From the IMG/VR virus record IMGVR_UViG_3300043823_000212, positions 1 through 36,617 of that record: a stretch of 36,617 nt of DNA, one strand, 5' to 3'. The translations under genes and the position numbers were made by a program. Each line of letters begins with the position of its first letter. Position 1 is the first letter of the stretch. The notes under the pieces were generated by a model. That model made no database searches, was not told where the DNA came from, and saw only the letters and a list, made by a program, of their open reading frames with translations. The DNA comes from a virus. Its lineage: Duplodnaviria > Caudoviricetes. Shown here piece after piece: positions 25,539-33,930 of this stretch.

Positions 25539-27008
25539 ATGCTTCAATTACGCCCCCACCAAAAAGAGGTGGTCGATAAACTATCTGAAGGTTTTGAACA
25601 TCATCGTTGTCAAATACTATACGCACCTACAGGATTCGGTAAGACTGAGGTAGCTATGGCAATCATGCAAGAGGTTGCCCGTAAGTATAAGAGAACGGCG
25701 ATTGTTCTAGACCGTGTTGTATTAGTAGAGCAAACCAGCCTACGTCTAGGAAAATACCATATAGATCATGGAGTTATACAACGAGATCATTGGAGAAGTC
25801 GTCCGCATCTACCAATTCAAGTATGCTCTGCTCAAACTTTAGAGAAGCGTGGAATCATTCCAGATATTGATCTGCTTATCATTGATGAGTGCCACGTTCA
25901 AAGACGCAAGACAGTAGAGTTAATTAAGAATAATCCTCATCTTAAGGTGATTGGATTAACTGCAACTCCGTTCACCGATGGGTTAGCAAACACTTATACC
26001 AATGTCATCGGCGCACTTCCTACTGGCGAGTTGATTGACAATGGCTGGTTAGCTCCATTGAAAGTCTATATCGCTAAAGAAATTGATATGACTGGTGTTA
26101 AGAAGGTAGCTGGTGAGTGGACTGGCGAAGCCGTAGCAGAGCAAGGCATGAAGATCACGGGCGATATCGTAGCTGAATGGGTTAAGAAAACCTATGAGAT
26201 ATTCGAGAAGCCTGAGAAAACTATTGTGTTCTGCTCCGGTGTCGAGCATGGTAGAGACTTAGAGAAAGCATTTAAAGAAGCCGGTCATAACTTTGTGTCT
26301 ATCTCGTATAAGGAAAACGATGACTTTAAAAGAGAAACTATTGAAGAGTTTGCGAAACCTGATTCGACAATCAAAGGACTTATTGCCACAGATATTCTCA
26401 CTAGAGGTTTCGATGTTAGTGATGTCCGTATTGGTGTTAGTGCAAGGCCTTTTAGCAAATCCTTTTCGAGCCACGTTCAGCAGTTAGGGCGTGTTATGCG
26501 TCCGCATGAGGGAAAAGAGTTTGGCGTATGGCTAGATCATTCGGGTAATTACCTACGATTCAGAGATGACTGGGATAAGTTATACGATCACGGCGTAGAA
26601 GAACTCAAGGATGGTTCTGAAAAGACTAAGAAAGAACCTACTCTCAAGGAAAAGAAAGAAGCATGCTGTCCGTCTTGCGGTGGTTTATGGACATCAGGCA
26701 ATACTATCTGCGATGAGTGCGGGTTTGAACGCAAGAAACCTAATCATATTCTTGTAGTTCCGGGCGAGATGCAGGAATTACAGGCTGCCAATCGCAAGCT
26801 CATCATCAATAATCAGAAGTTCTACTCGCAGATCATCTACTACGCTAAGAGTAAAGGTTATAAAGATGGCTGGGCGTTCCACAAATATAAGGAAAAATTC
26901 GGCGTTGAACCAAGAGGGCTACATACAAATCCTGAGCCACCTGAACCAGCTACTATGAACTGGATCAAGTCAAGACTAATCGCCTACGCTAAAGGGAAAG
27001 CAAGATAA
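25539..27008 (+). CDS. SF2 DNA helicase (RadD/YejH-like) with C-terminal Zn finger
   Basis: LRPHQ, APTGFGKT, DECH, GLTATP, QQLGRVMR motifs and CPSCG...CDECG; start placed at the ATG before LQLRPHQ. Confidence 0.9.
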   Translation: MLQLRPHQKEVVDKLSEGFEHHRCQILYAPTGFGKTEVAMAIMQEVARKYKRTAIVLDRVVLVEQTSLRLGKYHIDHGVIQRDHWRSRPHLPIQVCSAQTLEKRGIIPDIDLLIIDECHVQRRKTVELIKNNPHLKVIGLTATPFTDGLANTYTNVIGALPTGELIDNGWLAPLKVYIAKEIDMTGVKKVAGEWTGEAVAEQGMKITGDIVAEWVKKTYEIFEKPEKTIVFCSGVEHGRDLEKAFKEAGHNFVSISYKENDDFKRETIEEFAKPDSTIKGLIATDILTRGFDVSDVRIGVSARPFSKSFSSHVQQLGRVMRPHEGKEFGVWLDHSGNYLRFRDDWDKLYDHGVEELKDGSEKTKKEPTLKEKKEACCPSCGGLWTSGNTICDECGFERKKPNHILVVPGEMQELQAANRKLIINNQKFYSQIIYYAKSKGYKDGWAFHKYKEKFGVEPRGLHTNPEPPEPATMNWIKSRLIAYAKGKAR

Positions 27009-27787
27009 TGGACTTCCAACAATTCGCAGAAATGCACGGACTCATCATTGACCATCTAGTTCACGATCAATGGGTGCGTGTGCCAACGACTGATAAACCT
27101 CGTAAAAAGAATGGTAGCTACATTTGGGATGGTAAGTCAGGTGCAGTAAAGAATTGGGCAGTCCACGATAAAGCGATATCTTATAAGACTAAAGAGTATC
27201 GTCCTGATCCTGAATTTAAAGCAAAGAAAGAGAAGCAAATTAAAGAACGTCAAGCCCGTCAGGAGAAAGCTAAAGAGCGAGCAATCGGAATCCTTAATGC
27301 GTCTGTCATCCAGCGTCATGCTTATCTAGTAAAAAAAGGATTCTCAGAAGGTAATGTATGGAAGGATGCGCTCGTCATCCCAATGATGATTGATAAAAAG
27401 ATTGTAGGATGCCAGCTTATATCCCAAGATGGGACTAAGCGGTTTCTGTCAGGGCAGATTACTAAAGGTGCGTCTTTCACTATTGGTAGTGGTAGAGATA
27501 TATTGACAGAAGGTTATGCCACAGCTCTCAGCGTCCACCGTGCCATTACAGAGTTAGGGATTAAGGCTAAAGTCCATGTCTGTTTCTCTGCTGGGAATAT
27601 GCTGGAGATAGCGCAGAAATGTAAAAATCCCATTGTGATCGCTGATAACGACCCCGTTGGGATTCGAACCGCCAAGAAGATTGGCAAATACTGGGTAAGT
27701 GATGTAGATGGTGAAGACTTTAATGATGCTGAGTTGAGACTTGGCACTAAGTCTGTCTGCCAGAGTCTCTCCCCATTATTTAAGTGA
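27008..27787 (+). CDS. Toprim-domain DNA primase
   Basis: HAYL.KKG, Q.I...G.KRFL.G, TEGYATA, IADND and DFND motifs. Confidence 0.85.
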   Translation: MDFQQFAEMHGLIIDHLVHDQWVRVPTTDKPRKKNGSYIWDGKSGAVKNWAVHDKAISYKTKEYRPDPEFKAKKEKQIKERQARQEKAKERAIGILNASVIQRHAYLVKKGFSEGNVWKDALVIPMMIDKKIVGCQLISQDGTKRFLSGQITKGASFTIGSGRDILTEGYATALSVHRAITELGIKAKVHVCFSAGNMLEIAQKCKNPIVIADNDPVGIRTAKKIGKYWVSDVDGEDFNDAELRLGTKSVCQSLSPLFK

Positions 27788-28054
27788 GTTGAGATAGATC
27801 GTTCCTCGTTGGGCAATAGAGCATATTCTTACCCTATTGTCCCCGTCATCCATCCGTAAATGGATAAAATGATCGTCCGCCAGCGACTTAATTGTCTTGT
27901 GAAGCGTTGCCTGTCTTGCAACATTACTCTCCTCCGCAAGTTTAATTAAGTCCATGACGGCTATCTTTCCCCTAGAGACCATATCTAAAAGGATTTCTCC
28001 GTAGATCGTTAAGCCCATCTGCTCTCTGCGTTTATGTTGATCTAACGGTTTCAT
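27776..28054 (-). CDS. MarR-like winged-helix protein
   Basis: ATLHKTIKSL...D.D.RVR.....G wing motif; ATGA start at 28054. Confidence 0.65.
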   Translation of the reverse strand: MKPLDQHKRREQMGLTIYGEILLDMVSRGKIAVMDLIKLAEESNVARQATLHKTIKSLADDHFIHLRMDDGDNRVRICSIAQRGTIYLNSLK

Positions 28055-28227
28055 GCCGTCTTCCTTACTGGTTGAATGTCCTCTACTGTCCAATCATTAC
28101 AATCTCGCATCATATATTCTGCATCTCCTGATATAGCGATCTCGTGCGCCTCGTCTTCGTTGTCTGCCATTACAAAACATTCAAAGTATTGCAGATAAGA
28201 CCCTTTTACATAGTATTTCTTTTTCAT
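28051..28227 (-). CDS. Small acidic protein (DpnD/PcfM-like V.A...EA motif)
   Basis: FVMADNEDEAHEIA. Confidence 0.55.
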   Translation of the reverse strand: MKKKYYVKGSYLQYFECFVMADNEDEAHEIAISGDAEYMMRDCNDWTVEDIQPVRKTA

Positions 28228-28436
28228 ACTTCCTCCGTTGTGCCACAATGTTTAATAGATTTAAACTCGTCCACCTTAATATCGTGGTCAATGTAATGAT
28301 CTAGTTCCAATGGTTGCTCAAAATAACTATTTCCCAAAATGATATTTTTAGCGTCCTCCATTGTGTAGGCTTCTACTTCATACTGCTTCCATACCTTGCA
28401 GGTCTCAATTGTCTCAACTACATATATGTTTTTCAT
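28224..28436 (-). CDS. Small acidic protein (DpnD/PcfM-like)
   Basis: YEVEAYTMEDAKNII. Confidence 0.55.
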   Translation of the reverse strand: MKNIYVVETIETCKVWKQYEVEAYTMEDAKNIILGNSYFEQPLELDHYIDHDIKVDEFKSIKHCGTTEEV

Positions 28437-28666
28437 ACTAAAACCTCCCATTCCTTTTTTCGTGCTGATATCGTGATGTATTCACTCCATAAAGTCTTTC
28501 CGTCTTTAGCTTTATAGGCGGTAATGCTTTCCCAATCAGGATCAAATACAAAATTAAAAGTCCAATTCTTTAGATTCCAATACCAATCGCCTGATTCCCT
28601 GATTTCATCCTCATGCGTCATCCATAAAATCTCTGCGATCTTTTCTAAATGTTTCTTAGTGCTCAT
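28433..28666 (-). CDS. Hypothetical Trp-rich protein
   Basis: GGAGG SD; ATGA coupling. Confidence 0.65.
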   Translation of the reverse strand: MSTKKHLEKIAEILWMTHEDEIRESGDWYWNLKNWTFNFVFDPDWESITAYKAKDGKTLWSEYITISARKKEWEVLV

Positions 28667-28923
28667 GCTTCCTCCTGTGCTGGTTCAAATTTTGGGCAAG
28701 TGTATTCATCCTCATCAATGCTGGCAATTACAAATCCCTCGCCTACAATCATTCCTACTTCCAACGGTTCGCCGTCCATGTAGTAAAAGATAGATTCGTC
28801 CTCTGCGTCCTCTATCTCATCCCATGATCCTAATGCGATCTTTACATCATAAAAATCCACCGTTTTAGCCGTAGGGCTTTCAGGTGGACAAAACACTCTG
28901 CAATTTCTGTATTCGTATTTCAT
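28663..28923 (-). CDS. Hypothetical acidic protein
   Basis: Start reassigned to ATG at 28923 after GGAGG. Confidence 0.65.
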   Translation of the reverse strand: MKYEYRNCRVFCPPESPTAKTVDFYDVKIALGSWDEIEDAEDESIFYYMDGEPLEVGMIVGEGFVIASIDEDEYTCPKFEPAQEEA

Positions 28924-29075
28924 GCTTCCTCCTTTGTTGCATCTTCCCATCCGCCAATAACTTCGTCGTAGCAGTCTCCTGCTTCTAACTCTGCGGTCTT
29001 TTCCCATGCTTCTTCATAAGAATCAGCTTCTACTTCGTAAAAATAATAGATTGGTTGAACGAATTGAAATTTCAT
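28920..29075 (-). CDS. 51-aa acidic protein (DpnD/PcfM-like)
   Basis: Read by hand: MKFQFVQPIYYFYEVEADSYEEAWEK...; ATGA at both ends. Confidence 0.65.
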   Translation of the reverse strand: MKFQFVQPIYYFYEVEADSYEEAWEKTAELEAGDCYDEVIGGWEDATKEEA

Positions 29076-29347
29076 GCTACCTCCTGTGCTTTGTTATCCC
29101 AAACGGATTTATCCCATATCTTTGTGTTATATGACATATAGCCAAGTAGTTTGCCGTCCTTATATACGGCTGGGCTTCCCCAATTTCCTCCGCCTACATC
29201 ATTCTCGTTCTGCCATTTACGAACCAATAAGCGCAATTCCTTAATATCTTCCGCCGTGATCGTGCGTGGCTTTACTCCGAATGGTGGCTTATTAGGGTCT
29301 TGTCCATAGTCAGGATTACCCCATACAACGGGTTTAATCTGATACAT
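29072..29347 (-). CDS. Hypothetical phage protein
   Basis: GNPDYGQ...GGGNW...G.MSYN pattern. Confidence 0.65.
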   Translation of the reverse strand: MYQIKPVVWGNPDYGQDPNKPPFGVKPRTITAEDIKELRLLVRKWQNENDVGGGNWGSPAVYKDGKLLGYMSYNTKIWDKSVWDNKAQEVA

Positions 29348-29858
29348 TTTCTTCCTCCATGTCCCATGAATCGTCTAAAAATACTCCGTCCTTCTGTCCT
29401 GTAATTCCTGCAAACTGCATCCCTTCTTCATCATATTCATCCGTAAAATTGGCGTCAGGATATTGCTCTGCAAACCATCTAAAGAATTCAACGGGAGGAC
29501 ACCAAGCTGTTTCAAAATAAATATAAACCTCATTAGGGCTGATATATTCATATTCGCAAATATTGGCATCCCATTTAGTCCCCCATTTAGCGATCTGCCA
29601 GTCATACCAATGCGTATAGCCGTATTTTTCCTTATTGGAAGCGTATAGCTTTTGCATTTCTTCGTCCCTCTCTGTGCCACTTCCGAAAAATCCCGCTTCA
29701 ATCTGCAATTCATCAGGGCATGGCATAAGATCGCTAAATGGCTTAGCGTATAAATTGCCGTCGTCATCCTCATATTTAGGTTTAAAAGCATTGGCGAGCA
29801 TCTGCCCGCCTTCTGTTGTGGTATCAATTACCAATCTGTTAATGCACCAATTAGGCAT
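29334..29858 (-). CDS. DUF1281/YubB-like ferredoxin-fold protein
   Basis: MPNWC.N.L, WYDW....WGTKWD, FETAW.PP and Y.EEG..FAG motifs; GGAGG SD. Confidence 0.8.
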   Translation of the reverse strand: MPNWCINRLVIDTTTEGGQMLANAFKPKYEDDDGNLYAKPFSDLMPCPDELQIEAGFFGSGTERDEEMQKLYASNKEKYGYTHWYDWQIAKWGTKWDANICEYEYISPNEVYIYFETAWCPPVEFFRWFAEQYPDANFTDEYDEEGMQFAGITGQKDGVFLDDSWDMEEENVSD

Positions 29859-29861
29859 ATA

Positions 29862-29971
29862 GTCCTCCGTCTGTCTGCCAGCGTCAAAAATGCCCGTCTG
29901 CCAAAGTATCGGCAAACAGTCCACCATGAGATAAATCCCATGCAAAAACCCTCATTTCTAAGGGTTTCTAC
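29862..29971 (-). promoter_or_regulatory. Structured intergenic RNA (three adjacent hairpins)
   Basis: 13-bp stem with GAAA tetraloop, 7-bp stem and 11-bp stem; G-U pairs on the - strand. Confidence 0.55.
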
Positions 29972-29978
29972 CTAGTAT

Positions 29979-30185
29979 CTATTCTGTAAAAAATTCTTCT
30001 TCTTTTCCGTTCATCGTTACGCCATCCAGCCAAGTTAGACCGATGGTGTATTCATTTTGTAAACAAGTAATATTCCAATATTGCTCGCCATCATCATAAA
30101 ACCCTGTGAATACTTCGTATCCCTTATGATGCTGGAAAACTCGCTTACCTTCTGATAATGCATTTTTGATCTCTGTTAATGTCAT
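29979..30185 (-). CDS. Hypothetical protein
   Basis: Coupled ORF in the early operon. Confidence 0.65.
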   Translation of the reverse strand: MTLTEIKNALSEGKRVFQHHKGYEVFTGFYDDGEQYWNITCLQNEYTIGLTWLDGVTMNGKEEEFFTE

Positions 30186-30325
30186 GATGCCCTCGCTTGT
30201 GCGTATTCCTGTTTAAGTTTCTCAATGGCTCTCAATGCTCGCTCCCGTTGCTTCGGGTCTTTGCTCGCCTTAAGGATGTATTCTTGCCAATAGATAGAGT
30301 TAGCGATCACCTTCGGATGGTTCAT
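30182..30325 (-). CDS. 47-aa hypothetical protein
   Basis: Read by hand; ATGA at both ends. Confidence 0.55.
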   Translation of the reverse strand: MNHPKVIANSIYWQEYILKASKDPKQRERALRAIEKLKQEYAQARAS

Positions 30326-30495
30326 AAAACCCCCTGCATATATTCATAAGTCGCTTGTATCTCTTGCCCGTCCATGTCGTATAGCTCCCGTTCGTAAAAG
30401 TGCGCCAGCTCTGTCTTACATTCTTCTAGGCTCATGCCGTCCAGCTCCCTTATGTAGGCTTCATATATTGCCCGTTGCATTTGTGATAGGTTCAT
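30322..30495 (-). CDS. 57-aa acidic hypothetical protein
   Basis: Read by hand (MNLSQMQRAIYEAY...). Confidence 0.55.
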   Translation of the reverse strand: MNLSQMQRAIYEAYIRELDGMSLEECKTELAHFYERELYDMDGQEIQATYEYMQGVL

Positions 30496-30497
30496 TT

Positions 30498-30977
30498 CTA
30501 TGTTCTCCGTCCGTATTCGTCAAATTCGTAGCCATTGGCTTCCATCATCTCGCTGATATATTCTTCTCCGTCTTGCCATTCCATATCGTTAATAATTCCC
30601 CGTTTGCCCGCTTCTATTGCATCCCTAAAAGCACTTAAAGCGCATCCCGTTGCTTTCATAGAATCCGCCATTGTCTCCAGTAGGTCGCAGTCTAAGCAAT
30701 ATCCCGTAAGCTCTAGGCTTCTATTGCTCTCCACTTCTTTAAGAGTTAAACCCCTAAAATGGTGGTTTTCTGCATCCGTTTTAATATATGAATGGGAATA
30801 GGGGCTTAAGGAATAATCTTCCAGCTTAACCCCAAATAGATCGCAAAAAGCCCGTATAGAGTCTATGCCCTCATCTATCCAAACATATCCACCTTGAGAG
30901 AACCATTCTCTAGCGGTTAATTTTGCGCTATCGTCTAATTCTGCATATTTATAGATCGTTTGCTCAATCGTTCTCAT
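30498..30977 (-). CDS. Acidic early protein of the family often labelled 'antitoxin of TA stability system'
   Basis: IY.Y.EL...AK..AR.W N-terminus, LTGYC.D, EAN.YEF...G C-terminus; no cognate toxin seen. Confidence 0.6.
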   Translation of the reverse strand: MRTIEQTIYKYAELDDSAKLTAREWFSQGGYVWIDEGIDSIRAFCDLFGVKLEDYSLSPYSHSYIKTDAENHHFRGLTLKEVESNRSLELTGYCLDCDLLETMADSMKATGCALSAFRDAIEAGKRGIINDMEWQDGEEYISEMMEANGYEFDEYGRRT

Positions 30978-31071
30978 AAAACCCCCTTAATAAAATGAAG
31001 TAAAAACCCGCCTGTAATACTAAAAACATAGATAAGACAAATAAAAAGCAAAGTATTAAAAATGATCTCTT

Positions 31072-31260
31072 TCATAATTCCGCCTTTGTGTGTAGTGCGT
31101 TGAATGTTTTTAAAGCGTATCTATAAACCTCATCCCCATAAGGTATTTCTGTAATTTTGGATTCAATGTCATCTAAGAGCATTCCCGCCTCTTGTGCCGT
31201 TGAATTTCGCATTGCATCCTCAATCTGTGAATAAATCCGTCCTAATGTAAATAAGCTCAT
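31072..31260 (-). CDS. Hypothetical protein
   Basis: Coupled ORF. Confidence 0.55.
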   Translation of the reverse strand: MSLFTLGRIYSQIEDAMRNSTAQEAGMLLDDIESKITEIPYGDEVYRYALKTFNALHTKAEL

Positions 31261-31359
31261 CTCAAACCCCTATAAATTGCGATAAATTCCGCTACTTGTT
31301 GCGCCGTCAAGATTCCCCTAGCGTAAGCGGTGGCAAGTGTTTTGTGTGTCCATTGGTGA

Positions 31360-31545
31360 TTAGTCATGCTTTGCCCCTAGTAAAAAATTGACTAATTGCG
31401 TTGTGGATTTATAGGCTATAACTTGCAAGTGAGGATCAGTAAGCCCGTTTATGAATTGGTCTGCTTCGTCCTCTGTGCTAAAGGCTTGCACAATATCCTT
31501 ATGCGTCCATGAGTTATATCCGTGCGCTAAATATAGTTTTTTCAT
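31360..31545 (-). CDS. Hypothetical protein
   Basis: ATGA-coupled ORF. Confidence 0.6.
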   Translation of the reverse strand: MKKLYLAHGYNSWTHKDIVQAFSTEDEADQFINGLTDPHLQVIAYKSTTQLVNFLLGAKHD

Positions 31546-32033
31546 GCTATCGCTTCCTCTGTAAGTTGTGCCAATGCTTCTCTAGTGCGTTCTTGTTCCC
31601 GTTCTGTGCGGTTTATGATGTTCTCTAAGGTGCTTCTGTAATGCGATACGGTGTCGAAGCCGTCTAATTCCTTCCACATAGCTTTTCGGGCTTGGTCGCT
31701 GGTGCTGAAGGCGTGATTTACATCTAAGCGGGCTACGCACTCGCCAAAAATATCAAATATGGCATAACGAAAACCCCGTTTTGTATTCTGAAAGTCTAGG
31801 AATGATGACTCAATGACATAAAACAAAAGCCCGTTCTCTGTCTCGTGTGCGCTACTGATACGGCATCCAAAGAAGCGCAAGTTCTCATTACTTGCCCAAT
31901 GCGTCCGACCTTCTAGGTTTTGTTGTGCGTTGCTCTTGGCGTTGTATGACTTAGAATCATATAAGCGAGCTATTCCGCTTTTGTTAATAATCTCGGCTAC
32001 TTGTTTGCTATCCATTTTTCTCTCCTTAGTCAT
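31542..32033 (-). CDS. Hypothetical early protein
   Basis: 163-aa ORF in the operon; exact start uncertain. Confidence 0.7.
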   Translation of the reverse strand: MTKERKMDSKQVAEIINKSGIARLYDSKSYNAKSNAQQNLEGRTHWASNENLRFFGCRISSAHETENGLLFYVIESSFLDFQNTKRGFRYAIFDIFGECVARLDVNHAFSTSDQARKAMWKELDGFDTVSHYRSTLENIINRTEREQERTREALAQLTEEAIA

Positions 32034-32169
32034 CTAATCCGATAGAGTTATCATCTAACCAAGCCTGAAAACCCTCGTTTGTTGCTTCGTATATATCGCC
32101 TAATGCGCTTATCTCTCCGTCCTGATAGCGTAATCTTAGGAATATGTCTCTAGCTTCTTGTGTTGTCAT
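32026..32169 (-). CDS. 47-aa acidic protein downstream of the ribozyme
   Basis: GAGGAG SD before ATG at 32169. Confidence 0.55.
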   Translation of the reverse strand: MTTQEARDIFLRLRYQDGEISALGDIYEATNEGFQAWLDDNSIGLDD

Positions 32170-32188
32170 TATCTGCTCCTCGTTGGTT

Positions 32189-32238
32189 GATCTCATCAGT
32201 AAGTGCATGACACTTAGACGGGTTGCCCCGTTTCGATC
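32189..32238 (-). ncRNA. Type II hammerhead ribozyme
   Basis: Minus strand reads GAUC-GAAA-CGGG-GCAA-CCCG-UC^-UAAGUG-UCAUG-CACUUA-CUGAUGA-GAUC; complete catalytic core and all three stems Watson-Crick paired. Confidence 0.9.
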
Positions 32239-32239
32239 T

Positions 32240-32473
32240 TTATTGGATGATCCCGTTCTCATTTGTTGGCACTACTCCATTAGAGAATTTATCTCTTAGA
32301 TGAGCAAGGAATATAGAAATATAGATATCACCTTGTAGAGAATCCCTCTCATATCCGTGTTTATCGCATCCTTGAAAAGCTCCATAGAATTGTGAGCCTT
32401 TAGTAAATCCCTTTACATCTGCTTTAGCGTTATTCATCGCCTCTACTGCTTGGTTAATCTCTAGCTGGTTCAT
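32240..32473 (-). CDS. Hypothetical protein (first gene of the early operon)
   Basis: AAAGGA SD; downstream of a promoter. Confidence 0.65.
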   Translation of the reverse strand: MNQLEINQAVEAMNNAKADVKGFTKGSQFYGAFQGCDKHGYERDSLQGDIYISIFLAHLRDKFSNGVVPTNENGIIQ

Positions 32474-32551
32474 GGTTCAATCCTTTGTCTATATGGTTTA
32501 GCGGTTCGTTTGCTCTGACATTATTACCTTGTTTTGATGTCATTAGGTTAG

Positions 32552-32581
32552 ATACTAAGCCAGTAAATATAAGGCTGTCAA
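32552..32581 (-). promoter_or_regulatory. Sigma70 promoter for the leftward early operon
   Basis: TTGACA-18-TAGTAT with AT-rich upstream region. Confidence 0.6.
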
Positions 32582-32729
32582 TAGGTTTGCTAATCTTTTT
32601 TATAAATATTTATTAGATAGAATAGTTAGGTTTTTATCAAGTCTTTATAACTAAATCACTTACTGTATAGACATACAGTCTTTATGGGGTTATCATGTTC
32701 CCATCTTATACCCTAGTTATAACGAACCA

Positions 32730-33620
32730 ATGACCACAGAGAAACCTAAAAAGCCCGCTATCAAAACCAAGCTCAGTAGATCAGAGATAAGGGAAGGATT
32801 AAAACAAATCCCTATAGAGCAAATACTTACTGGATCAGGTAAGAAAAGCACTCTCACGCATAAGCAAAGGGAATTTGCCCGCAATGTTGCACTAGGGGAA
32901 ACTAAAGCCCAGTCATATAGGAATGCATACAAGAGTAAAGGCAATCCAGCTACAGTAGGGAATAAGGGAAGCACTCTATCAAAAAGGGATGATATACAGG
33001 CAGAGATCGAAGCATTTAGACTAGCAAATGAAGCAATGGAATATCTTAAAGCAGATCGCTTGAAGGCTCTTGTCATCCACCAACTAACCCAACACGCACT
33101 TAATGATGACATTCCACCAGCTTCTCGCATCAGGTCATTGGAGTTATTGGGCAAATCTGCAGAGGTTGGATTGTTTGTAGAAAGGAAAGAGATCACCACA
33201 ATAAACAATAGCAAGGATGCCAAGACCGTTCTCATGGATAAGTTAAGGGAAGCTATGAAGCGCAATGCAATAGATACAGACTATTCAGATGCTCAATCCC
33301 TGCTGGATGAAATCAAGACCCCCAGCCCTATCGAAAATGGCGAATCGGCGACCCACTATACCCCGACCCCCCAAAATGAGCCTGCTGACCGTGGTCCAGA
33401 TATGCATAATATTCCGCACACCCAAAATCCCCAAATTGAGCAAGTCCTTGATTCTAAAGACATTTCTCCTGTAGTGGCAACGTTGCCAGATGATACAAAT
33501 CACTTTAACAATGATGCGCAAGTCGTTGATTTTAAAGGAGATACCCCATCAAATATTTCCCAAGTTGACTGGGTTGAATCTGTAGAAAACACCCCCCCTA
33601 TGAAAAACTCAGAAAATTGA
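32730..33620 (+). CDS. terS: Terminase small subunit
   Basis: LTHKQREFA...A.SYRNAY HTH, RIRSLELLGK..GLF motif; upstream of terL. Confidence 0.75.
   Translation: MTTEKPKKPAIKTKLSRSEIREGLKQIPIEQILTGSGKKSTLTHKQREFARNVALGETKAQSYRNAYKSKGNPATVGNKGSTLSKRDDIQAEIEAFRLANEAMEYLKADRLKALVIHQLTQHALNDDIPPASRIRSLELLGKSAEVGLFVERKEITTINNSKDAKTVLMDKLREAMKRNAIDTDYSDAQSLLDEIKTPSPIENGESATHYTPTPQNEPADRGPDMHNIPHTQNPQIEQVLDSKDISPVVATLPDDTNHFNNDAQVVDFKGDTPSNISQVDWVESVENTPPMKNSEN
33475..33539. repeat. 65-bp element, copy B (palindrome plus IHF-consensus site) inside terS
   Basis: Matches 20595-20659; a further IHF-consensus match lies at 33441-33453. Confidence 0.8.
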
Positions 33621-33631
33621 GAAAAAAATAT

Positions 33632-33778
33632 ATGAAAAATTTTGAGAATAAGATCGCCCTATTGGAGTCTCAGATTATTGTGAAGGAACTAGAACTAAAA
33701 GCGCTACGGGAAATGCTGCAAGCGTATTTGTCTTCACAGCATAAATATGAGGCTGGTATGGAGGATTGCGGTAAATGA
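33632..33778 (+). CDS. 48-aa coiled-coil protein
   Basis: Read by hand; ATGA overlap with the next ORF. Confidence 0.45.
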   Translation: MKNFENKIALLESQIIVKELELKALREMLQAYLSSQHKYEAGMEDCGK

Positions 33779-33930
33779 CTCTAGATGATATAGAGCGTGA
33801 GATTAGTTTGGCGAGATATTACATACGGATGCTAGAACAGCGCCGGGAACTCCTGTTGAAGATCGAAGCGGGCCACAAAGCAAGCGCTAGGATCCAGACG
33901 GAGAAGTTGATTGAAAGATGCAAGAAATGA
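33775..33930 (+). CDS. 51-aa hypothetical protein
   Basis: Read by hand; GGAGG SD; ATGA at both ends. Confidence 0.5.
   Translation: MTLDDIEREISLARYYIRMLEQRRELLLKIEAGHKASARIQTEKLIERCKK

Noticed and set aside
15790-29720. Other minus-strand CTGATGA matches as extra hammerheads
   Set aside because: The ones I noticed lie inside CDSs and lack the GAAA and stem context
30498-30977. Toxin-antitoxin system
   Set aside because: The family label is unreliable and no toxin is recognisable nearby
32170-32262. N-terminal extension of the 78-aa ORF
   Set aside because: This interval is the hammerhead ribozyme; the SD supports ATG at 32169
32717-33265. 182-aa minus-strand ORF
   Set aside because: Shadow of terS
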